64,000 nt of DNA from Octopus bimaculoides (GCF_001194135.2 NC_068984.1:13241576-13305575), one strand, 5' to 3'; positions 24,528 through 38,816 are shown, counted from the stretch's first letter. Made by a program: numbers and translations. The notes: generated by a model not told the origin, from the sequence alone.

Positions 24528-25047
24528 GCGATAGTATGTTGTTAGGTGAATAAGTATCCAGCATAGAAAGTTAAGGTGATTATATTTGTTCGGACGAGAA
24601 GGAGCATCGTTAGGCCGCTTCAGAGACGCTTTCGGAAAAAACGAAAATTTCAGTAACCACCGAAAAACCTATTGTAGTAGTGACTCAAACAATTCCTAGC
24701 GATATCTCAAGAAGGAATTTTTGTATTCCGAAATACTATTAATATATCGTACTATGGATAATTAAATTGTAGCAATTATTATAGTCCATTGTTGTTATTA
24801 TAGTCCAGTGTTGTTATTTTAGCGCATTGTTGTGCCAGTCAAGACATTACATTTTACATACAATATATATATATATATATATATANNNNNNNNNNNNNNN
24901 NNNNNNNNNNNNNNNNNNNNNNNNNNNNNNNNNNNNNNNNNNNNNNNNNNNNNNNNNNNNNNNNNNNNNNNTATATTTATCTATATCTCGGCATTACCTC
25001 TGGATATTCTTGTTGCTTATTTTGATATATATGTCCATATATATATC

Positions 25048-25452
25048 CTTTTATTCTTTTACTTGTTTCAGTCATTTGACTGCAGCCATGCTGGAGCATC
25101 GCCTATAGTCGAGCAAATCGACCACAGAGCTTATTCTTTGAAAGCTTAGTACTTATTCTATCGGTCTCTTTTGCTGAACCACTAAGTTACGGGGACATAA
25201 CTTTGTCATCGGTTGTCAGGTGATGTTGCGAGGGACAAACACAGACACACAAACATATACGCACACATACATACACATATATATATATACATATACAACG
25301 GGCTTCTTTCAGTTTCCGTCTACCAAATCCACTTACAAGGTTTGGTCGGCCCGAAGCTATATTAGAAGACACTTGCCCAAGGTGCCACGCAGTGGGACTG
25401 AACCCAGTACCATGTGGTTGGTAAGCAAGCTAATTACTACACAGCCACTCCT
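25048..25452 (-). mobile_element. SINE family B
   Basis: Full reverse-complement copy. Confidence 0.9.
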
Positions 25453-25914
25453 GCGCATGTGTGTGTGTGCGCATACTTACATGGGTTCCATAATAAAAAT
25501 GAAGAATTAGGGAAATTAAAGCCATATCTATTATCCCTCACCACCCTTTTTATCCCCTGTACCCACTTAAAATTTTCTACCAACTCTAAAGGATGGCACT
25601 GCCGACGATGAGAAGAACTGATTACACATTATCGTCTTGAAGCAGACGGACATTCAGCATATTTGGAGATACAGATCAATGGAATACAGCTAATCGAGGG
25701 ACCGACCACCTACATTTTATAAGGGTGATCTGGGCCACAGAAAAAATGAACACAGAACCCTATAAATCTACAGCAGTGGTTTTTAAACCTTTTTTTCCCC
25801 TAGGACCATTTTGTTTCCTATTTTATTCAAATGGACCGCCATTGCCATTCGATGATTAGAACAATCTTATTTTTACAATTATAAGAATTCAGTAAAAATA
25901 TTTTGTGTATTATA

Positions 25915-26545
25915 GGTGCAGGCGTGGTTGTGTGATAAGAAAGTTGCTTCTCAACCATATGGCTCTGGGTCCAGTTCCACTGCGTGGCACGTTGGGCAGA
26001 TGTCTTCTACTATACCCTCGGGCGCCAACCAAAGCTTTGTAAGTGGACTTAGTAGACGGAAACTGAAAGAATCCTGTCGTATATATATATGTTTGTGTGT
26101 CTGTGTCTGTCCCCCCAACATCGCTTGTCAACCGACCCTGGTGTGTTTACTGACTTTAATTCAGCAGTTCGGCGATAGGAGACTGATAGAATAAGTACTA
26201 GGCTTACAAAGACTAAGTCCTAGAGTCGATTTGTTCGACTAAAGGCAGTGCTCCAGCATGGCCGCAGTCGAATGACTGAATCAAATAAAAGTATATAAGA
26301 ATATAGATGTATTTGTGAGAGTGTGTGTGTGTGTGAGTGTGTGTGTTGTCGCACCTCCATCGCTTGACAACCGATGTTCGTGCGTTTATGTTCCCGCAAA
26401 TTAGCGGTTCGATCAAAAAGACCGATAGAGTTCGTGCTAGGCTTACAAAGAATAAGTCCTGCAGTCGATTTCTTCGACTGACACTCTTTAAGGCGGTGCT
26501 CCAGCATGGCCACAGTCAAAGGACTGAAGCATGTAAAAGAATGAA
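25915..26545 (+). mobile_element. SINE family B (25915-26291) plus an extra 3' half (26345-26545)
   Basis: Family head and two copies of the gcggtgctccagcatggcc tail. Confidence 0.85.
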
Positions 26546-27326
26546 AGACTATAGAAGTACAACCAAGGAAATACTTTTTGTATTGTATGAGACACGATTT
26601 TAAACGAGAGTATCTTATATGGGCCCCAAGGGTCATTGAGACCCCAGTCGAGAGCCATCGATCTACAGAAACAATTGCTATCTTACATGTTTCAAACGGT
26701 CCATGCCAATCATTCATCATCGTAACTATCAAAGATCTATTTAAAAATAACTACAAAAGAAGAATGAGATGTACAAAAACATATTCTATATATAATATTC
26801 TTGACCGAAATATTATATATTTCCTCTTCTCACAATACAGCAGTCTTCTTTAGTACGAATTATTACATCTGATATCCTCCATAAATCTATTCTCATTGTA
26901 AACGGATTCTTTGTGAATGTACGCATCATAAGTTATAAATTCTTTGAAAAATTTAAACGTCACGTTTATGTCATGCTAGATGAGAGCCGAAGGCTGCTTA
27001 ATCATTGTTGTTTATTATTTACATCGATCTATCGATTTCCTCTCCGGTGTACAACGAATTTTTGGAAGAGTGATTTCCTACCATGGTACAATGCTCCAGG
27101 CATCAGAACCGAAGAAGCTAACAACTGTACTCTACACAGAATGTTTTAGTAAACGTTTTCCAGAGACATCATAATTCACATACAATACTAGTATTTATGT
27201 CTCGTATCTATAGCATTATATTGAATAAAAGTGGTAATAGCGAAATGTCCATAACAACTACAGCGACTATATATATTTTTATTTATTTATTATGCCTTTT
27301 CGAACAATAGTTTTTGCTGTTTTTAG

Positions 27327-27470
27327 TTACAAGTTTTCAACGAGTCAGTTAATGTTTCAGATTTTGCGCATATCTTTTCTGATGACAAGAGTGAAAAGGT
27401 GGAGGTTATCATGGCAACACGGGTGGAACAAATATCACAACGAGCTTCGTTAAAAGCACAGTTTTTATAA
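27327..27470 (+). CDS. Candidate orphan terminal exon (LQVFNESVNVSDFAHIFSDDKSEKVEVIMATRVEQISQRASLKAQFL*), protein not recognised
   Basis: Acceptor tttttgctgtttttAG, 47 open codons of complex composition in unique sequence; no homology recognised. Confidence 0.25.
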   Translation, partial: LQVFNESVNVSDFAHIFSDDKSEKVEVIMATRVEQISQRASLKAQFL

Positions 27471-27780
27471 GTTTCCTTACTGTTGCTTGCAACTTTCTCG
27501 TATATATACATACATAAATAATAAAAAATACGACGGGCTGCCGTACAGTTTCCGTTTAGTAAGTCCTATTGATACAGCATTGAAGAACTCAAGTCATGAT
27601 GGAAGACAACATGACCGCTTGGTTCTCGTAAAGCAATCGACTCTAGAATCACGTGTCTGGGTTCCCCCACTGCCATAGCCAACTTATATTGAACATTAAT
27701 TTATGTTTTCTTATATTGCAAACAATATTATTTGAAAAGATAGAGTGGAACACTCGTGTTTATTATTAAAAGGAAAGATT

Positions 27781-28095
27781 AGGCGGCGAACTGGCAGAAT
27801 CGTTAGCGCGCTGGACGAAATGCTTAGCAGTATTTCGCCCGTCGTTACGTTCTGAGATGAAATTCCGCCGAGGTCGAATTTGCCTTTCATCATTTCGGAC
27901 TCAATAAATTAAGTACCAGTGAAATACTGCGGTCGATGTAATCGACTAGACCTCCTCCACCAAATTTCAGGTATTGTGCCTATAGTAGAAACTATTATTA
28001 AAAGATGGATGAGGCAGCGACCTGGCAGAAATGTTAGCGCATCGGACAAAATGTTTAGCGGCATTTCTTCCGGTTCTTTAATTTCTGGTTTCAAA
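27781..28095 (+). mobile_element. SINE family A (27781-27995) plus 5' fragment (28010-28095)
   Basis: aggcggcgaactggcagaatcgttagc head and core. Confidence 0.85.
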
Positions 28096-28109
28096 TACCA
28101 TGTATATGT

Positions 28110-29466
28110 GCAGATTTTATATTTTGTTTTATGTTTTGTTTTCTCATGCATATAGTTGCATATCTAGACATGCTTGTGTACATATTTAAATTATAAACTC
28201 CCGGAAAGTTTTGCAGATTTTTGCAGTTCCAGTGTTGGATTGGATCTGTAGTCTTCGAATTAGCTTTCTTATTTCTAGTTTTCAGAAACCTAATTTCTCA
28301 AGATTGGTGGTTAGGCACTTACACATCTCAGAGTCCCAATAATTACAGGTATAAACCTGGACTTGTAATTTTCATAGAGTAACTGCAGATGTCTCAATAG
28401 TTCAGCATAGGTTTTCTCTTTTTCATTGATCTCTTTTTAACATAGCTTTATGTTAACATCCGTTGGGCAGCTAATTTCTACAACTGTGGACAGTTTCTCT
28501 TCTCTATCCCAAACTATTATCTTAGGTCTTTTGTGCTTACATTTTATTGAGGTCTTCACTGGCACATTCCACTGGCTTCTACCATATTGTGGGTTCTTAT
28601 TTCTTTGTCCTTGGGATTATCCTTCCGACGGATATCATTAAAGAATGTCCTAGCTACAACATCATATCTCATCGGTAGATAATACCATGATGACATTTTC
28701 GGACAACTGCTTATGATGTGGGTGATATCTTCAGTGTGAACTCTACAAAGTCTGCATCGGTTGTCACATTTTACAGCTTTTGCCTGCTTTTCTATCCCTT
28801 TTCTGCATCAAATACTTGGTTAATATTTCCTGTTCCTGGATTGCAAACGCATACCCTTGAAAGTGAGAGGTAGTAATCCGGCTATTGATCCATGATAAAC
28901 TGCTTTGATGATCGATTTTACTATCATCACGGAGCCGTCTACTAACATATCCATGCATAGTCTTCTGTTCATATAGGCTCATCGTTTCATCTGATAATAT
29001 GTTGCGGTAGATTCGTGCGACTTTTTGGGGCATGTAGTCTACGTTATCAGACAGAGTGTTGCTCAAGGAGATGCCTTCCAAGTCTTATGAAGTTATCAGC
29101 TTCATGTATACAAACTTGTTCAAGGGATGCACTTCGAAACTTGCTGGTTAAAAGATGTTCCCGGAGGGATATGATATGATATTCAAAGGCATTTTGGATC
29201 GATGTTAAGCCTCTGCCACCTTGTTTTCGTTTGAGATAGAGGTGGTCTACGTCACTGTTTACATGGAAATTACGTGTGCTAGTTAGTATTTTTCGGGTTT
29301 TCACATCAATGGCTCGGATCTCATCAAGTGTCTAATCAAGCAGCCCAAATTTTGGTATGAGTATTGGCACTGCAAACATATTGAGGGCCACTGTTTTATT
29401 GAATGCAGAGAGTTCTAAGGTCCAAATTTTCTTTATTCGGCTGTAATATTCTTCAGTGACACGTGT
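28110..29466 (-). mobile_element. Decayed R4-like REL non-LTR retrotransposon, second family
   Basis: EEYYSRIKKIW..ELSAFNK, SDVDHLYLKRKQGGRGL, AIQEQEILTKYL, CRLC..HIISSC, KHKRPKIIVWDREEK, GTAKICKTF. Confidence 0.85.
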
Positions 29467-29469
29467 TAT

Positions 29470-29490
29470 GTATGTATGTTTGTATGCATA

Positions 29491-29521
<31 letters not shown>

Positions 29522-29760
29522 GAATGTATGTCTGTCTGTATGTATGTATGCATGTATGTATGTATGAATGTATGTATGTATGTATATGCGACTTTCTGTC
29601 TCTACGACAGGCTTCCTCGAAGTTTCCGTCGACATAATTCACTCACAAGGTTTGATCGGCCCGTGAATATAGTAGAAAACATGCCTTAGGTGCTACGCAA
29701 TGGTACTGAACCACGCACCGCATGGTTGTAAAGAGGATTCCTTAACTACAGAGCCATGCA
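29470..29760 (-). mobile_element. SINE family B fragment abutting the 5' break of the R4-like element
   Basis: acgacaggcttc...atagtagaaaacatgccttaggtgctacgcaatgg. Confidence 0.7.
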
Positions 29761-29904
29761 ATCGCCTGGTAATAACTTTTTTTATAGTAGTTTTACGTTT
29801 GTAAGCATTCTTTATTTTTTCTTCTCTTTGTTTAAAATTCCCAACTCGGTGATTCTGAAGATAGTGATCAATTATGACAATCCTCAATTGACATTCATTT
29901 AAGT

Positions 29905-29926
29905 GTTTATGTATAATGTAATGCTC

Positions 29927-29957
<31 letters not shown>

Positions 29958-30021
29958 TGTATGTATGTATGTATGTATCTATCTATCTATCTATCTATCT
30001 ATTTATCTATCTATCGATCCA

Positions 30022-30060
<39 letters not shown>

Positions 30061-30300
30061 TTGTGTGTGTGACACACACAAGGACACACATACACACACA
30101 CTCACAGATGTATATATATATATATGTATGTGAGTGTGTGTCTGTATGTGCAGGCGTATGCATGCATGTATATATATGTGTGTGTATACGTGTATGCAAG
30201 TATATATATATATATATATATATATATGTAAGTATGTGTGTGCGTGTGTGTGTGTGCGTGTGTGTGTGTCTGTGTATGTGTCTGTGTCTGTGTGTGTAAA
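29905..30300. repeat. Compound (ATGT)n/(ATCT)n/(AT)n/(GT)n microsatellite
   Basis: Direct reading. Confidence 0.95.
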
Positions 30301-30502
30301 ACGTCATGGCCATCACAACTTCTAGTCAATACTCAACATTCCGTTACCTCGCGAGTGGATTTGTGTTTTTTTTTCATATGATGGATATGAGCGCTGCTGA
30401 TTGGATGGATAAGAGGCCCCCACACTCCTCTCATGCAAATGGAAACTGTGAGGAAACATGTTGTACATGCATATATGCATACATGCATATATGTGTGTCC
30501 AC

Positions 30503-30541
<39 letters not shown>

Positions 30542-31059
30542 CGTGTGTGTGTGCGTGCGCGCGTGTCAAAATATATGTGGGATTAAATATATTTGTAATT
30601 TATATGTATGTATGCATATATACATAAACACACAAACACACACACACACAACTTTATATGCTCTTTGTTCTACAGAAACGTTATGTGTGTGCTCTCGTAT
30701 ATGAGTGTGTATCTGCATTTTATTAATAACAACAACGAGACAACTGAAAATGCAAACAACAATCAAAAACAAAAAAAGGACAATAAATAAGCCAAAAACC
30801 CTTCTTTTAAAATTATGTTTTCCGTTTATATTTGTTCTACTGCAAGTTATAGACACTCCTTCATCACTCTCATCTAGGTCGTCCCATGGGAAACTTCTTT
30901 GATAGGGGTTTCGGTTGCTTATACTATAGGTGTCACAGAGCACTTCTCCATGTAGGTCCGCAGTTTCCATCTAACTAGTGATAATAGGGTATCATCCATT
31001 GTCTTGTATTCAAGATTTTCTGCATGATATCCTGCTAGTTCAAAGCCAGGAATCTGATC

Positions 31060-31260
31060 TGTTCGGTCCTGCCGATAACTAAATCCACACCCTGCTGCCG
31101 ACGCTTCGATTTATTGTCGTTAAGGTTTTGTCTGTCTCCTACCCTTCGACCTGTTTGGTCTGGTAAGACCTGCCTGAACAGTTCTCTCCCTTAAGCATAA
31201 CTCTTCGGGTCAATGGAGCACAAAGGCACTTCACCGCGACAAGGTACTTTTTGAATTGGC
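31060..31260. mobile_element. Possible RTE-type LINE 5' UTR-related fragment
   Basis: ctacccttcgacctgt...ctcttcgggtcaatggagcacaaagg...cgacaaggt resembles RTE UTR sequences from memory. Confidence 0.3.
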
Positions 31261-32301
31261 CGTTGACTACACAATAGTTCTTCAGCACTTTGACGGGTTT
31301 TATTTTTCATCCCGCAGGGTGTCCAGCAATCACCCTTCTCAACAAGGAGGTCAGTTCAGCCGCCGACGACCCGATCATGCAACAAGTTGTACCGGATTAC
31401 TTTAGAAGAAAAAATATATAGAATTCAAACTTTAGTGGATAGCTATGACGAAATTGGTTAGAGTAGATGGGAATATTTTATGTGCACAGCTGTAAACCTG
31501 AGACTAAAAGATATGAAAGGGCTCTTTTCATTTGTAGCCAGTGTAATTTAGGGCAGTGATCTGTCTGATCGTTAGAACATCGAAAAAAATGCAGTTCAAA
31601 TCACTCCAGCACCAACTTCGCTTTTCATTCTTTTCAGGAGTCCATGAAATAAATACCAGCAAAGAACTTGTGTCGATATAATGGACTTGCCCCCCCCCCC
31701 CTCCGTTTGGCTTGGTGCCTAAATTAGACAGAATTATGACAGATTTTTCTTGTTTCTGTACATCTTGAAATTTTGAAAATCGCTTACAAAATTATATTCA
31801 TAAGTTCGTTTGTTTTGAAATTAAAGTTAATAGCTAAAGTTTGACTGGGGCTTAAAGGAAATTTTGCCAAGGCAAACAACAGGAAGTATCTATTAGCGTG
31901 CCTCAACCTAACCCTATTGACCAGCTAGAAATGGCATTTGAATCTTTCTTCTTACAATTCCATCCTATCTTAATAAATAAACAAAGATATATTAGATGGT
32001 GAGGTCCTTGCTTTACAAAGTGTGGATAGCCATGGATGACATGTCCTTGACCATAGGGTTTACTGAATCAGAGAGACAACTATCATTCTATTGGAAACCA
32101 ACAGTGGAGTGGGGCGTCTGGTCACCGTGTACCAGACAAATCTCGTTGCAATGATGTATAGAGTATCAACATCTTTTCAGTGACTGTGCTTTCATGCACG
32201 AAACCTCTCAAGGGTCTCTCATCCATGTTAAATCGGAGATAAAATTTACCATCTACTTTTAATACTGCTTCCGTCGCTAATAATTAATATATATGTATAT
32301 G

Positions 32302-32348
<47 letters not shown>

Positions 32349-32563
32349 ATATATATATATATATATANNNNNNNNNNNNNNNNNNNNNNNNNNNNNNNNN
32401 NNNNNNNNNNNNNNNNNNNNNNNNNNNNNNNNNNNNNNNNNNNNNNNNNNNNATATATATAAATGCATATATATATAAATACATATATGTCGTCACGATT
32501 TGAATGCCGTTAGTTATCGTCTGCTGGATCGAGGCTGGAATGTAAGTTCAAGACACGGCAAAT

Positions 32564-32617
<54 letters not shown>

Positions 32618-33289
32618 CACTGCTGCTGCTGCTACTGCTGCGCCTGCTCTTTTTCGCCTCCTTCTTTCCGTCTCATCTTCCGTCTTCATTTAGGTTTTCT
32701 TTTCAAACCCCTCACATCTTATATAACAAACCAACCTATTCCTTCCACATGAAAGGTTGTCCAAACATTCTTCGTCTTTCTCTTCACTCCCTCTCTTTCA
32801 CTGTGTGTGTGTGTGTGTGTGTTTAATAATCTCTCGGCATTCCTTACAATTCAACACGTTTCCTACACCACTCCACTTTCAGTATTACACATCCTATAAC
32901 TCCTCCAGTTTTTTTTCCCCTTTCTCCCTTTCAAAAATCTCAATCCTTTCCTTACACAATGTTCCTTGCATTATATGCTTCCCTCCTACTATTACTGCTT
33001 TTATATGAATCCTTTATGTTCTCCATTCTTAGTTTCACAGACGCTCCACTTCACTCTTCCTCACATACGATAATCTCGCTCTCTATTCTGCTCCGTCTCC
33101 TTCATAAACGCGCGCCATAATCACACTCGAATTCCTCCACAAACGCAAACAGATACACAAAAGACACACACACACACACGCGAGCACGTATATATGCTGG
33201 CACTGGCGTAAGTGCATTCACATGCATGGAAATATACATAAAAATTACGTGTTTACAGTCTTACGTTATTCTAAAGAATAACAAGAAAT

Positions 33290-33292
33290 ATC

Positions 33293-33371
<79 letters not shown>

Positions 33372-33461
33372 TTTTCTCTCTCCTTCCCGTTCCCAAAAAC
33401 AAAAGCTCTACTTTGTACCTTGTCCCCTTTGTGTTGAGCCTTGTGTGGCTAAGAAAGAAAC

Positions 33462-33493
<32 letters not shown>

Positions 33494-33656
33494 ATTGCTT
33501 ACGTACTGCGAGACTAATAACCTGCTCTATCCTCTATCTGTCTGTCTATCTGTCTGTCTATCTATCTACCTATCTATTTATCGACAATCTAGCTATCTCT
33601 ATATCAACAATGTATGTATGTATGTATGTATGTATGTATGTATGTATGCATGTATG

Positions 33657-33690
<34 letters not shown>
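33290..33690. repeat. (ATCT)n/(ATGT)n tetranucleotide arrays
   Basis: Direct reading. Confidence 0.95.
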
Positions 33691-33691
<1 letters not shown>

Positions 33692-34192
33692 TTATGGCCG
33701 CCTTTTTTCATGTCGCGACATCTCAGTAGCTTTTTGAATGTTATTACCTTTCTATTTAATCTCGTCTTCTTGTCCTGCCACTTTGCTTCCAATACTCTCC
33801 CTCTCCTCCTCCGTTTCTCTTTCTCTCTCGCTCTCAAGCTTTTGTTCATTACACTTTCTCCCAGTAGTTCTCTGATCTCCTTTTTTCTTCTTTTTTCTCT
33901 CTCAGTATTCATTCTCTTCTCATAACATAAGTTTTATCATTTGCGCAACCTCTCCATTTTGAATCAATAATTTTTACACACGCAGACTCATGGATACACA
34001 GTTGAACCTGCATACACAAAACGTACATACACATTCATCTACACACGCACAAACACATGCACAAACACACACACCTATCCATCCACTTATACATAAATTC
34101 GGATTAGAGACGGACATATGAACGCACATAAAGGAAAATAACTATACACGTATAAAATACATACGCGTGCGCATCCACACACGCACACACAC

Positions 34193-34230
<38 letters not shown>

Positions 34231-34834
34231 AAAACACACACACACACATATATATATACACGCATACACGCATATATGCGAGTCTGTTTCTTGAGATTTA
34301 TTCATGTTTTGAGCAGAAATAGAGTCTGCCTCTCACAAATTGACAAAACTATTTTGATGAAAAAGAAACGCTTTTAGGGATTGGTGAATATGTGAATACG
34401 AGTGAGCGAGTCAGTTAGTGAGTGCAAGAAACTGAAATGTAAAGTCTGAGAAATGCTTTACACATCCTCATTGTATCATTAACGAATTGGATTTGTAAGA
34501 TGCGAGTTAGTTTGCTTTGTTGTTTCTTTGAAAACTCCAGCAGTTTAATACACTGTGCGTAGAATAAATATTGTCGAATTAATTAGGGGCAGCCAAAAGA
34601 AAGTATATGCATGTAAGGCTATTCACATCAGGGCTAAACTAATTCATATAACAGGTGAATGCATTATGTCATTGATCCGGGAATTAAACCGGGTACGACT
34701 CCGATGAAGAGTGGTCAACAAGCCATGAAACTGTCAGTCTGTACCTTCTGCTCTTCGTTTTTCCGCGCATCACTGGCATTGGAATGCGTTAATATTCCTG
34801 TTTCATCTCCATTAATGTTTTGTAATATATTCTC

Positions 34835-35060
34835 TTTTTCTACTTGTTTCAGTCATTTTACTGCGTCCATGCTGGAGCACCGCCTTCATGAGTTTTAGTC
34901 GAACAATCGACCCCATGTGTTGTTCTTTTTAAAGCGTAGTGCTTAATCTATCGATCTGTTGTGCTGAACTACTAGGCTACAGTAACATAAACACAATAAC
35001 ACTGGTTGTGAAGCAGTGATGGGTGGACAAATACAGACACAAGACGCGCGCGCACGCACG

Positions 35061-35091
<31 letters not shown>

Positions 35092-35248
35092 ACACACACA
35101 CAAAAACAAACAACAGGCTTCTTTGAATTCCCGTATACCAAATACACTCTGAAACCTTTGTTCGGCCCTAGTCTATAGTAGAAGACACTTGGCTAAGGTG
35201 CCACACAGCTGGATTGAACCCGGGACCATGTGGTTGGGAAGCAACTTA
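34835..35248 (-). mobile_element. SINE family B with central (CA)n
   Basis: Reverse-complement tail and head. Confidence 0.85.
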
Positions 35249-35570
35249 TGGAGTATATATATATATAAACAAAGCAAATTTACCTATTCTATTTCTCCGC
35301 AATTAAAAACATGATGAACATCTTTAATCGAGTTTGGAACCTTATTGCGTTCCCATCCGAGCTGTCTCTATCAATTTGACATTTGCCAGAGAAACAATTT
35401 AGCCAATTTCTGTATATAATCACGAAATCCAGTAACTGCAGAGAACTGTAGCTACTAATTTGGCTCTAAGTGTTGAACACTTTATGTAATACCTGGAGTT
35501 CTCAGTTCACACAGTATCATGGTTTGGTGTAATAACTTATATAACCTATGGCGTACATATACAAACTAAA

Positions 35571-36148
35571 TATCTAACATCTTTCACCTGCGCTGCGTCT
35601 GGAAAATCCTTGGCATCAAATGGTAGAATCGTGTCCCCAACAACGATGTCCTCAAGCAAGCAGGAATACCAAGCATGTTTGCACTCCTCACACAAAGACG
35701 TATGAGACAGCTTGGACAGAATCCCCAAAGACATACTCCGTGAAGGGCTTGCTAGGGGCAGTAAGTCTGTGGAAAGACCGTTCTTACGATACAAGGATAT
35801 TTGCAAAAGGGACATGAAGGCCTGCGACATCAATATTAGCAACTGGGAAGCGGTTGCCAGCAACCGTGGAGATTGGCGACGCACCATAGGAGAGGAAACA
35901 CAAATGAGTGAGAAAGGGAGATAGCAGAAATGGACAGACAAGAAATGACGTCAACAAGAAACTATGACATTACAACTAGCCAAGCAAAGCCTTCGCTACA
36001 TTTGCGGCACCTGCCAGAGGGAGTGTTTGTCCCGGATAGTACTAAACAGCCACAGCAGGAGATGTATTCGGACATGAAATGTAAAAACCGGATGAGATTA
36101 TTTTATGCGCAACTCCATTGTGTCCCAAGGCAAAAAGGATGCCAACGA
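35571..36148 (+). mobile_element. RTE/BovB-like LINE 3' fragment
   Basis: FHLRC..ILGIKW.NRVPNNDVLKQAGIPSMFALLTQRR, RIPKDIL..LA.G.KSVERPFLRYKDICKRDMKA, C-terminal YICGTC...SRI.LNSHSRRC. Confidence 0.88.
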
Positions 36149-36854
36149 CATATACAAACAGGGAAAATTTACCTATTTCTCCCTAGATTGAAAATAGGTA
36201 GATATTTATGTTCATACGTACATACATACGTACATACATACATACACACGTACATTTTATACATACACACGTACATTTCATACATACATTCATACATACA
36301 TACATATATACACACATAATACATACATACATACATACATACATACATACATACATACACACGTACGTACATACATAAAGAAGAATCTGGATAAACTGGG
36401 AATTCCAAAACGAGAAATCGACCGGCTAATTTGTAGATTACAAGTGCAATCTCTGAAGTGGAACAGTAACAATATGCAAGACTTTTCTCAAGTTCCAAAT
36501 GTGAATTTGTCTGTGTTAACTACATTCCAAAGATGGAGACTTGTATCTTTGTTGGAAACCGATTCCCTCCTCGGTGAAAGATGTATAATAATAAAAAAAA
36601 ATAGAAGATACATACATACATACATACATACATACATACATACACACATACGTACATATATACATGCATATATACATACTACCTAAATACCAATCTTGAG
36701 AAATTAGGCTTTTCAAAATCAGAGAGAAGAAAACTGATTCGAAGAATACAGATCCAAGTCATGACTGGAACTAAAAATACGTAAGACTTTCCAGAAGTTT
36801 ATCATTTTATGGTATATGAGCATGTTTAGACATGCAGCTATATGCATGAGACCA

Positions 36855-38045
36855 TTCATCATTCATTCTGCTATCATTGTGTCTTGTGACACTTGAGGCG
36901 ACAGCAAGATCATTCCACCTTCTAACATTGAAAGCGTCCTTGACAGCTTGTTTCATTGTTAACACACTTTTTTTAAAGATCTTTTGTTATTGTTCTCCGT
37001 CAGGTTTCCTTTGGTCGGCCATGTCTTCTTTTACCTTGTAGAACCCTTTGCAAAGCGAGCCTGATAATTGAGTTCGGTTTATACCGAGAAACTCAACCCA
37101 GCCATTTCCATCTCCTTGCTTCAATAGTTTCTCTTATTGGCCTCACGTTAATCTAGGTGTGTAGTTCGTGGTTCGAGATCTTCCGCCAGTAGATCTTCAA
37201 AATTTTAACGAAACATTTATTTTGAAACATCTCCAATTTCTTTTCAATACTTTTGGCTGTTTTCCAACATTCGGATCTGTAGAGGAGGATGCGAAATAGG
37301 TTGCTTTTGTAAAATCGTAGTTTGATGCTCTTCCCGAATATTGATGATTTCCATAATAACTTTAAGATACCGAATAACTGGTTGGCTTTGCTGATTCTTG
37401 CATTTATTTCATGAATACACTTTCCAGCCATTGTTATTTTGGTGTCTAGATAATTAAATTCATTAACATTTGCGATTGGTTTGTCATTCAAAGTCACATG
37501 ATCAGTATGTGTTATATTTTTACAAAAAGTGTACATTTTCTTCTCGTTGATTTTCAGAACTATGGTGTTGGCTATTTGACTAAGTCTTTCGGATTTGTCT
37601 TGTGACCCTTGAAGTGTGCATGAGAACAAACAAATGTCGTCCGCTTAATCTAAATCTTGTAGTTGAGTTGTGTTCCGTTCTCGTTTATATTCTCCTGTCA
37701 TTTTTTGCATCAACCAATTCACTGCCAATGGAAATAAGATTGCTGATAACACGCATCCTTGTTTTGGATCCGGTTTTCGTTTCGAACAGATCTGTCTGTT
37801 TGTTGTTGTGTGTAACTTGATATTCGAAGTTTCCATACAATAAACGAATCATCTTGACTATGGAAAACCATAATGTCTGAGAATCTTCCAAAGCGTATCA
37901 CGGTGAAGGCTATCGAAAGCATCTTCAAAGTCAACAAACGGAGTTCCATTCATTGAGTGCAACTCATTGCGTTGTTCGAGTATTTGGCGAATTACAAAAA
38001 TATCGTCGATACATGATTTTCCTTTCATGAATCCAACATGAGAGG
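36855..38045 (-). mobile_element. Decayed RTE-clade LINE reverse transcriptase fragment
   Basis: GFMKGKSCIDDIF..RQILE, FVDFEDAFDSLHR, QGCVLSAILF, FNYLD, LLYRSECW; stops and frameshifts. Confidence 0.88.
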
Positions 38046-38544
38046 ACATACATAAAACAAAACAGACAAATCTGCACATATACATACATACATACATACA
38101 TACATACATACATACATACAAAAATACCCTGTTGCTGTTGTTGAAATTCCAATAAAGGAGCCTTGGATCTAGGTTAGAAAGCGGTTCTTTCTCTATTGGC
38201 AAGAAATCTTGAAATAAAACAGAACAATGAAATACACACACAAATACATACATACATACATATATACATACATACATACATACATACATACTTAGTTGAA
38301 ATACGTACTGAAAACAAGTTATTGATAATTCGATTCTTTCATTACATTTGTTTCAATAGTCGATAACTTGTTTTCTTTGACTATTTCAACTATTTAATTA
38401 TCTGAGGCTCTTGTTACTATGTTATAGCCTCAGTCCATATGTATGCCAATTTATACAATGCATCATAGGAATATGGGACTATGACGTTTTACAAATAGTG
38501 AGCCCTAATTCGTACGGGAACATATCGTAGCATTCTACTTAGTA

Positions 38545-38611
38545 TATACACCAGCATCGGTTGTCAAGCGATGTTGGGGGGACAAACACAGCGACACAAA
38601 CATATGTATAC

Positions 38612-38686
<75 letters not shown>

Positions 38687-38816
38687 TACGACAGGCTTCT
38701 TTCAGTTTCTGTCTACCAAATCCACTCACAAGGCTTTGGTCGGCTTGAGGCTATAATAGAAGACACTTGCCCCAGGTGCCACGGAGTGGGACTGAACCAG
38801 GAACCATGTGGTTGGT
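38545..38816 (-). mobile_element. SINE family B fragment
   Basis: Central (AT)n and head on the reverse strand. Confidence 0.85.

Noticed and set aside
27378-27400. CTGATGA...GAAA motif
   Set aside because: No helix II pairing between the core halves
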